Source: Candidatus Thorarchaeota archaeon
GTDB taxonomy: Archaea > Asgardarchaeota > Thorarchaeia > Thorarchaeales > Thorarchaeaceae
Direction: 5' to 3'
Assembly: GCA_003345555.1 (NCBI GenBank)
Contig: PRDJ01000075.1
Coordinates: 1,100 to 33,099 of the forward strand
Length of the DNA stretch: 32,000 nt
A model generated the notes under the pieces. The model had not been told where the DNA came from, did not search any database, and saw only the letters and a list, made by a program, of their open reading frames with translations. Made by a program: the position numbers and the translations under genes. Positions 25,989 to 32,000 of this stretch are shown here, one piece after another; position 1 is the first letter of the stretch, and each line of letters starts with the position of its first letter.

Positions 25989-27533
25989 TCAATCCTGAGC
26001 AGCGAGTACCTGAGTATCGGTAGTGAGAGTCACTGGTTTGGCCTGGATGTGTGTTGCTCGAACGACATTCTCGAAGTACGATGATTTCATGAGCGTTAAT
26101 GTAGTCGGGCCGAGTGCGCCTGACTCCCTGACTATACGGAATTCCTCGCTGTCCGACATCAATGCCTCTTCAAGAGCTGTGAGAAACTCGACTGCATCGA
26201 TATTGTTGTTACCCAACATGAGAGCTAGCGTGTAATGCGGTATTCCGTTTTCAACCAAACCGACCATACAGTAGTCTGACACCTGAACGCCAGTCTTCAA
26301 GCAGGCTGCGGCCATGGCATTGGATACATGCTTGTCGGATAGCTTTTCGCCCGACATGTTGACAATCTTGCCTTTTCTACTGATTGATCGTATTGTGTAA
26401 GGATTGGTGTTTGTGAAGGTCAACATATCACCGAGTCGATACCTATAGCACCCTGTGTTATTCGTCAGAACCATCTCATACCTGAATCCCTTCCTGACCT
26501 CCGACAAGGGCACTACAGTGGGATTGAGAACTTCTACTTCACTCTCGGGGATGAACTCAAGGTAATTAAGACTCGGAAGCAGCTGAATTCCCGGTTCTTC
26601 GAAGAGCTGACCTCCATAGAAGCCCTCAGACCCTCCGTACATATCAAGAATCCTCGCAGTCGGCAGTGTCTTGCTGATCCATTCTCTGTAGGGGTCACAA
26701 TCTATTCCAGAAGTGGTAAGCAGCCGCAGATTAGGCCATAGGCCTTGTACGTCCATCATGCCTTCGTCGTTCACGAGCCGTCTGATTCTCTGTTCGTGCC
26801 GGGTTCCCTTCAAAGAGTCAAGCAACCATGGACCGTATTGAGTCTGCATCCTGCGGACAAGCGCTAGCAACAGTGTGCTTATGCCCAGCAAGCCCGTCAC
26901 GTTGGTTGTTGCAAGAAGATTGGCATAACGTTTCATCTTCTCATCAACGTCAGTTATGTTGAATACATCCTCTCCGGGTTTCATCAGTCTCTTGAGAAGC
27001 GGATTGAAGCGTCTAATCATTGCACCTGTAGCATATCCTACGGGGATTCCATTAATGTGATCGATAACGGCTGGCGCGCCCAGTGTTACGAGGGTACCGT
27101 CGAATATCTTGGCATTGTCTGAATCAGCATTGACAAATGCCAACCACACAAGCATCGTTCCTTTCGAAGTGTCCTCAGCTCCACTCTCCGTCAAGGGAAT
27201 GTACTTCGGCTTTCCTGTCGTTCCTGAAGTCTTCAGATACCATATTACCGGGTCGGCAGTCAACACTTGTCCGTTCGGATTGTCGTACGTCATCTTCAGG
27301 TACGGTTCCATGCCATGGTAGTCGAAGAGCGGGACATTGGACGAATACTCTTCCGAGTTCCTTATGGATTCAAAGTCGTATCTCTTACCAAAAACAGTAC
27401 CTTTGTGACGTGCGAGCACGGACATGAGCTTCTCTTCTGTAAGCTCAATGGGGTTGCTCAGAATATGCTCTACTTCCTTGGCCTTTCTTCTGGCCATCAA
27501 TGAAACAAGCCGTCTCATGATTGACATCTGCAT
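25989..27533 (-). CDS. GH3 family acyl-adenylate-forming enzyme
   Basis: TVFGKRYDF, VPLFDY, TSGTTGKPKYIP, YGGSEG, RYRLGD and GEKL. Confidence 0.92.
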   Translation of the reverse strand: MQMSIMRRLVSLMARRKAKEVEHILSNPIELTEEKLMSVLARHKGTVFGKRYDFESIRNSEEYSSNVPLFDYHGMEPYLKMTYDNPNGQVLTADPVIWYLKTSGTTGKPKYIPLTESGAEDTSKGTMLVWLAFVNADSDNAKIFDGTLVTLGAPAVIDHINGIPVGYATGAMIRRFNPLLKRLMKPGEDVFNITDVDEKMKRYANLLATTNVTGLLGISTLLLALVRRMQTQYGPWLLDSLKGTRHEQRIRRLVNDEGMMDVQGLWPNLRLLTTSGIDCDPYREWISKTLPTARILDMYGGSEGFYGGQLFEEPGIQLLPSLNYLEFIPESEVEVLNPTVVPLSEVRKGFRYEMVLTNNTGCYRYRLGDMLTFTNTNPYTIRSISRKGKIVNMSGEKLSDKHVSNAMAAACLKTGVQVSDYCMVGLVENGIPHYTLALMLGNNNIDAVEFLTALEEALMSDSEEFRIVRESGALGPTTLTLMKSSYFENVVRATHIQAKPVTLTTDTQVLAAQD

Positions 27534-28142
27534 GCATAGCCTCCTTGTGCTTGGAACCGACGGCCCAAGCGATGCTTCGCTATGCGTTACTCTCTGATTG
27601 ATAGCCCCAACGAATCATCACTCCAAGACGGAAGCGTTCATCTTACCGCGTTTCGAGCAACCATAATCCTCTGATTCGTATAATTTCATCCAGAAGTGTC
27701 GTTTCTTGCGTCATCGGTAATATAGCTGGCCCTTGCAGAATGATAATACGGAATTTCCTGATTCGCAAGTATGCATTTGCCATGATAGTTCGTGGGAAGT
27801 GATCAGTCAGGACAAGATGCCGGAGAGGAAGACTCAGGCAGACACGCTTCTGACACCTTCAGAGGTCCTGCAGGAGCACACGGGCAGAGAACCTAGCAAG
27901 AAGGCATACGCTTGACATCACGGTAGTATCGAACCATATTGCAGGACCTAGACTTTTCCGTAAGGATATATCTGGCGGGCCAATTTTGCTGTCCCATTTT
28001 ATGACCAGAGCATCCATAGTTTCCCGTTTTGTATCGCAAGGTTAGATGTTGAGTATTTCTGTTCTTACGGCTTTATGGGTTCCCGTGGTTCTTCATGCCA
28101 ACACCCAAGAGTTCTGTGACCTAGCATGACAACGATGCAAAG

Positions 28143-28892
28143 ATGATCGCCAAGATAGAGGCGCAGCTGTTGTCGGCAAGCGCTGTTCGTAGAAATAACA
28201 TCGGCACTGTGGATGTCACTGGCCCACTCCAAGTGATATTCAACAACGGTGACCGCTGTATCGTCAATGCAAAGCTCCGATATCATGGCCCCGAGAGCAG
28301 CTCATGGTTAGCACTTGTGGTGGGCCTAAGGAGCCGGATCCTCTCTCCGTTCAGCAGGTTTGAAAACGGAAGAGACCGATACATTCCCTGCGACATCCCC
28401 GGCTTGGTTCCCGCTCTAGCGCTCACTCTGGCGCATCAAGATTGTGGACTCGCAGTGAGCGCCATAGCGCACGACGCATTCACTCACCTAGTCCTTGTAT
28501 TTGAAGGAGATGTAGCTGCCAAGGGCGGCAATCTCAGATCACTTGCCGCTTCGGTATGGACTTTCATGAAAAGGTGGACCGACTGGACCGATGTTCTGCT
28601 GGCCACCGCTTCGCACGACCCATCGGCGGCTAAATGGAACTTAGACTGGCGAGAATTCCTTGCAGGCGAATCCGGATTTGTAACCATGCCTTGGTTCAGA
28701 CCCATGAACTACCTCGACCGAGCCCTTAGTCTGGAGAGAATTGTTGCGGCCTCCAAATCGCTCTTGGCTTCTGTTCTGAACCAAGCTCAGATGGAGGATC
28801 CCCGGATTCGGACACTCACTTCCTGGCTAGACCAGCTGGCACCCCTTTCAGAGGTCGTCGGTGGAATGGAAGCAGCGGAGGCTGAAGTTTAG
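28143..28892 (+). CDS. Hypothetical protein, gene 1 of the RadA/XPD operon
   Basis: 249-aa globular-looking ORF; next gene starts 1 nt after its stop. Confidence 0.8.
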   Translation: MIAKIEAQLLSASAVRRNNIGTVDVTGPLQVIFNNGDRCIVNAKLRYHGPESSSWLALVVGLRSRILSPFSRFENGRDRYIPCDIPGLVPALALTLAHQDCGLAVSAIAHDAFTHLVLVFEGDVAAKGGNLRSLAASVWTFMKRWTDWTDVLLATASHDPSAAKWNLDWREFLAGESGFVTMPWFRPMNYLDRALSLERIVAASKSLLASVLNQAQMEDPRIRTLTSWLDQLAPLSEVVGGMEAAEAEV

Positions 28893-28893
28893 T

Positions 28894-29361
28894 ATGATGT
28901 GTAACGATCTATGTCGAAGCTTTTCGAGGTTGACTGTGGAAATCATGGGACCTTCGTGGATAGCCGGTGCTGTGACAGGCATTAGAGCTTCCACAAGGCG
29001 AGAATCGGATTGGATTTGGGACCGATTCATCGAGGAACTCTATGACGCCGCCGAAAGGCTAGGAGACATTCAACCAGCTGAGCCAGCAACCTCACTGGCA
29101 GATGAATATGGCTTCGCGGGTTCAGCATACGACACTCTCGGGGGTTATGTCAGCACAGCAGGTGAAGTCCGTTCTCAGGGATTGTACTTCAGTGTCTCTC
29201 CGGAACAGTTGGAGAACGTCATAAGACTGCTTCCGGATTTCACAGTGCTCAGGGCAAAGGGCGGCCTCATTGTACCACGTTACGAACTGGGTTCTTTCTT
29301 GAATCTCGTACCTGTGAACGGACCATTGTTGGATCAGCTGACGGAGGGGAGCTTGCAGTGA
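28894..29361 (+). CDS. Hypothetical protein, gene 2 of the RadA/XPD operon
   Basis: ATG 28894 follows TAG 28892; GTGA overlap with the radA-like gene; ORF extends to 28861. Confidence 0.75.
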   Translation: MMCNDLCRSFSRLTVEIMGPSWIAGAVTGIRASTRRESDWIWDRFIEELYDAAERLGDIQPAEPATSLADEYGFAGSAYDTLGGYVSTAGEVRSQGLYFSVSPEQLENVIRLLPDFTVLRAKGGLIVPRYELGSFLNLVPVNGPLLDQLTEGSLQ

Positions 29362-30434
29362 CAGAGCTTGAGGCAGTGACAGGTGTCGGACCCGCAGTGG
29401 CGAAGAAACTCCGAGAGGTGTTTGTGACGACTGCGGAGCTTCTCGCTGTTCAGAACCATGTGGACCTGCAGAACAGGACCAAACTTGGAGAAGGCACCGC
29501 TCTAAAAATCATACGGAATGCTAGACAACTTGTAGGGCTTTGTGGTTTCAAGTCGGGTCTCGAAATGGAGCAAGAGATGGCAGGTAAGCCCCGCCTTAGC
29601 ACTGGCATAGATAGAGCCAATGCAGCACTCCTCGGTGGTATAGAGACAGGCTCGGTAGTAGAATTCTACGGTGCTGCACGAAGCGGAAAGACGCAATGGT
29701 GTGGTCAGCTAGCTGTCATGGTTCAGCTGCCTCTGGAAAAGGGAGGGCTTGAAGGTCGAGTGCTCTGGCTGGATACAGAAAATTCCTTCAAACCATGGAT
29801 CATTAGAGCGGACGCAGTCCGGTTTGGATTGGACCCGGACGTTGCCCTCGGGAACATTGGCCACGCTCACATCGTAATGACTGAACAGATGACACAGCTC
29901 TTCGAGAACATACCGCAACTCTGTGCGGAGGAAGACTACAAGCTCGTGGTTATTGATTCATTGACCGGGCTTTTCAGGGCCGAATACACAGGACTTGAGC
30001 TCCTAAGAGTAAGACAGCAGGAGATGAATGGCCTTCTCAACCTGATGAGACGTACTGCGACCGCAACTGGAACAATCTTCTGCTACACCAATCAGGTCAT
30101 GTCTAGCATGGGGACATTCAAGTCCAATCCCAACTCTCCAGTCGGAGGACACATCATCTCACACGCCTCCGATTATCGATTCTATGTAAAGAAGAAGCTA
30201 AAGGATGTCAGGGGCCTTCAGCTCCAGGACAACGCAGGTATACCTGAGTTTGACATTGATGTAGTGATCGGATGGGGCGGCTTCTACACAGATGCGAAAA
30301 CGAAGAAGAAAGTCGAGGCGGATGTTCTGGAGTACTTCAGAAAGACCGGTTGGAATCCCGAGATGACAGAGGGTCATGAGGAGCCTGGAGAAACGAAGGG
30401 AGAAACCGAGGAGATTGTGGAGGAAAGCGATTAG
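29358..30434 (+). CDS. Divergent RadA/Rad51-family recombinase paralog with N-terminal HhH domain and acidic tail
   Basis: GVGPAVAKKL HhH, Walker A GAARSGKT, QLP..KGGL, LDTE, Walker B VVIDS, FRAEY, RQQ, TNQV and PVGGH. Confidence 0.92.
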   Translation: MTELEAVTGVGPAVAKKLREVFVTTAELLAVQNHVDLQNRTKLGEGTALKIIRNARQLVGLCGFKSGLEMEQEMAGKPRLSTGIDRANAALLGGIETGSVVEFYGAARSGKTQWCGQLAVMVQLPLEKGGLEGRVLWLDTENSFKPWIIRADAVRFGLDPDVALGNIGHAHIVMTEQMTQLFENIPQLCAEEDYKLVVIDSLTGLFRAEYTGLELLRVRQQEMNGLLNLMRRTATATGTIFCYTNQVMSSMGTFKSNPNSPVGGHIISHASDYRFYVKKKLKDVRGLQLQDNAGIPEFDIDVVIGWGGFYTDAKTKKKVEADVLEYFRKTGWNPEMTEGHEEPGETKGETEEIVEESD

Positions 30435-30880
30435 TGCTCACCAAAGAGAGAGGCATGTTCCGCATCTACGAGTGTCCCCGTTGCAGGAACATCGGTTTCG
30501 CACAAGTCGAAAGCGAGGAGTGCGTTTCGCGATGTAGCTTGTGCCAAGGTCCCATCGCACATGCCCCCGCGATGCAATATGCTGCAACCATTCAGGAAGC
30601 AGAATCCTGTGTCAGAGAGGCCGTGGTCGGAACTAAACTGAAACCAAAATCATCAGGAAGTTCGAGGACCATAGGGCTGAAGAAACGGGTATTGAACATA
30701 GTTGAAGCTCTGGTTGATATGAACAAGGGACGCCCCGTCAGCCTCAAGGACATTCTTCGCGAATGCACAGACGCAGGTATTGACAAGGACAGGGCAATGG
30801 ATTTCATCGAGGCTCTTCTCGGCGAGGGGATTCTCTCAGGCGACGACCTCGGTATGAGACCTTCTGGGAGGCCTTCGTGA
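30434..30880 (+). CDS. Zn-ribbon plus C-terminal winged-helix protein
   Basis: CPRC...CSLC, basic linker, then helical ILRECTDAGIDKDRAMDFIEALLGEGIL; alternative start ATG 30455. Confidence 0.75.
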   Translation: MLTKERGMFRIYECPRCRNIGFAQVESEECVSRCSLCQGPIAHAPAMQYAATIQEAESCVREAVVGTKLKPKSSGSSRTIGLKKRVLNIVEALVDMNKGRPVSLKDILRECTDAGIDKDRAMDFIEALLGEGILSGDDLGMRPSGRPS

Positions 30881-30881
30881 C

Positions 30882-31508
30882 GTGCCCGATACTGAGGTTA
30901 CACCCACATCTATCTGGAATCAGCCCGTGTCGGCAAGTGTTGGTGGTAGCTCTCTCATAAACCTGGCCAACTTGCTTCTTAGAGAGACGAGTACCAGGAT
31001 CACAACGCTTCAACGATGCGAGGGTCCGGACCCAGAACTCTTTGTGGTCTCACGACTAGAATGGAGAGATTCGGATCCGAGGAAACCTGTGCTTCCGCAA
31101 ATGCCTAGAATTCTCTCTCTCCTCGAGACACTCCGTGAAAGCAAGGGTGTGCCTCACGAGATATACTTGGACAGCAACGATGGCATTGCAGTGTACCTTC
31201 CCACAGGAACCAGAATCTCGGACCTGCCCCGGAATTCAAAGGAAGCCATCCGGATTCTCATGGCTCTCGCACGTGACACCGTTGCAAATGTGCTCTCGAC
31301 GATGCATGAAGTGGAGAATTGCTTCTGGATGGCCGCTCGTCGAAAGGGTTTCAGTCCTGAGATTGTAGAGAGGATGGCACTAAAAGAACAGCATTATGAC
31401 TCACCTGGAATCCTCAGGGAATTCCACGGCATCTTGAGGAAGTATTTCTCAATTCGTTTCCACATTCAGAGAAGCGAGTCATGTCTCTACGTCGAGGAGG
31501 AAGTCTGA
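30882..31508 (+). CDS. Hypothetical protein, gene 5 of the RadA/XPD operon
   Basis: 208-aa ORF starting 1 nt after the previous stop; TGATG overlap with the helicase gene. Confidence 0.8.
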   Translation: MPDTEVTPTSIWNQPVSASVGGSSLINLANLLLRETSTRITTLQRCEGPDPELFVVSRLEWRDSDPRKPVLPQMPRILSLLETLRESKGVPHEIYLDSNDGIAVYLPTGTRISDLPRNSKEAIRILMALARDTVANVLSTMHEVENCFWMAARRKGFSPEIVERMALKEQHYDSPGILREFHGILRKYFSIRFHIQRSESCLYVEEEV

Positions 31509-32000
31509 TGGCAACTGTAACGAGTTCGCTTCGGTACTTCCCCTATAGACCCAGACCGCACCAAGACCGGGCTGTTGCATTTGCAGCTCAGGTATTCTCA
31601 GGCAAATCGGTCGGGCTACTCTCTGCAGATTGCGGCGTAGGCAAGACCATTGCTGCCTTGTCGGGCTATCTGGCAGCTCGCGCTGATGATGCCGACTCAA
31701 GGTTGATTGTTCTCACTAGGACACACTCACAAGCCCGTGTCTTTGAGAACGAGCTCGCGATACTCAGGAGCAGACTACCATCGCTGACGGCTACAACTAT
31801 GCTGTCTAGAGTCCACACCTGCCCGATAAGAGACCGGTTCGGGTCAGTATCACTCACCGGTTTCATGAGAGCCTGCATGAACCTCATAAAGACAGGGGAG
31901 TGCACTCACTATTGGGGCTTCTACAAGAGAGGTGAAGGTAGGATTCAGGTAAGGGACCACGTACAGTATGAGATTGACGACCTGCTCGACTCCGGCGTTG
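31508..32000 (+). CDS. XPD/Rad3/DinG-family Fe-S helicase, N-terminal part (runs off the right edge, absent from the ORF track)
   Basis: MATVTSSLRYFPYRPRPHQ (Q motif), ADCGVGKT (Walker A), VLTRTHSQ (motif Ia) and Cys at SRVHTCP, RAC and GEC. Confidence 0.9.
   Translation, partial: MATVTSSLRYFPYRPRPHQDRAVAFAAQVFSGKSVGLLSADCGVGKTIAALSGYLAARADDADSRLIVLTRTHSQARVFENELAILRSRLPSLTATTMLSRVHTCPIRDRFGSVSLTGFMRACMNLIKTGECTHYWGFYKRGEGRIQVRDHVQYEIDDLLDSGV

Noticed and set aside
25986-25991. TGA TGA followed by an open frame, as possible selenocysteine readthrough of GH3
   Set aside because: Two tandem TGA, GH3 is already complete, the downstream peptide resembles an unrelated ATPase, and no SECIS was recognised
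27733-27915. 60-aa plus-strand ORF
   Set aside because: No motif, TTG start and no supporting signals; cannot be supported, though not excluded
27680-28030. ANTTTC matches (Sulfolobus UV-response motif) upstream of the RadA operon
   Set aside because: A 5-base-specific motif expected by chance, and from a distant lineage
1-32000. CRISPR array, IS/transposase, integrase, rRNA, tRNA
   Set aside because: No regularly spaced repeats, terminal inverted repeats, transposase motifs or RNA gene signatures seen by eye

Overview
Compact archaeal chromosomal window with about 34 CDS and no rRNA, tRNA, CRISPR array or transposase that I could see. Archaeal-type RadA and XPD, TATA-like promoters and two Roadblock/LC7 genes suggest an Asgard archaeon, possibly Thorarchaeia (inference). 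Bases 1-25.8 kb are mostly housekeeping: DegT aminotransferase, SerB-like HAD, C25-like protease, AlkA, ABC-2 parts, CPBP protease, subtilase, DUF99, HD hydrolase, BMP-family binding protein, GlmS, RimK-like ligase, coiled-coil protein, gamma-CA and an FAD oxidoreductase. The best candidate for an undescribed system is the tightly coupled operon at 28143->32000: two unknown genes, a divergent full-length RadA paralog with an acidic tail, a Zn-ribbon/wHTH gene, another unknown and an XPD/Rad3 Fe-S helicase. Other highlights, some absent from the ORF track: a Rad50/SbcC-like C-terminal remnant behind the GH3 stop codon, a subtilase collinear with eukaryotic Site-1 protease, a DMT transporter-RAM fusion beside a stand-alone RAM protein, a PEP-utiliser swivel domain with His replaced by Glu, a 32-aa Lys-rich small ORF and two structured intergenic elements. 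All family calls come from motif recognition by eye; no searches were run.
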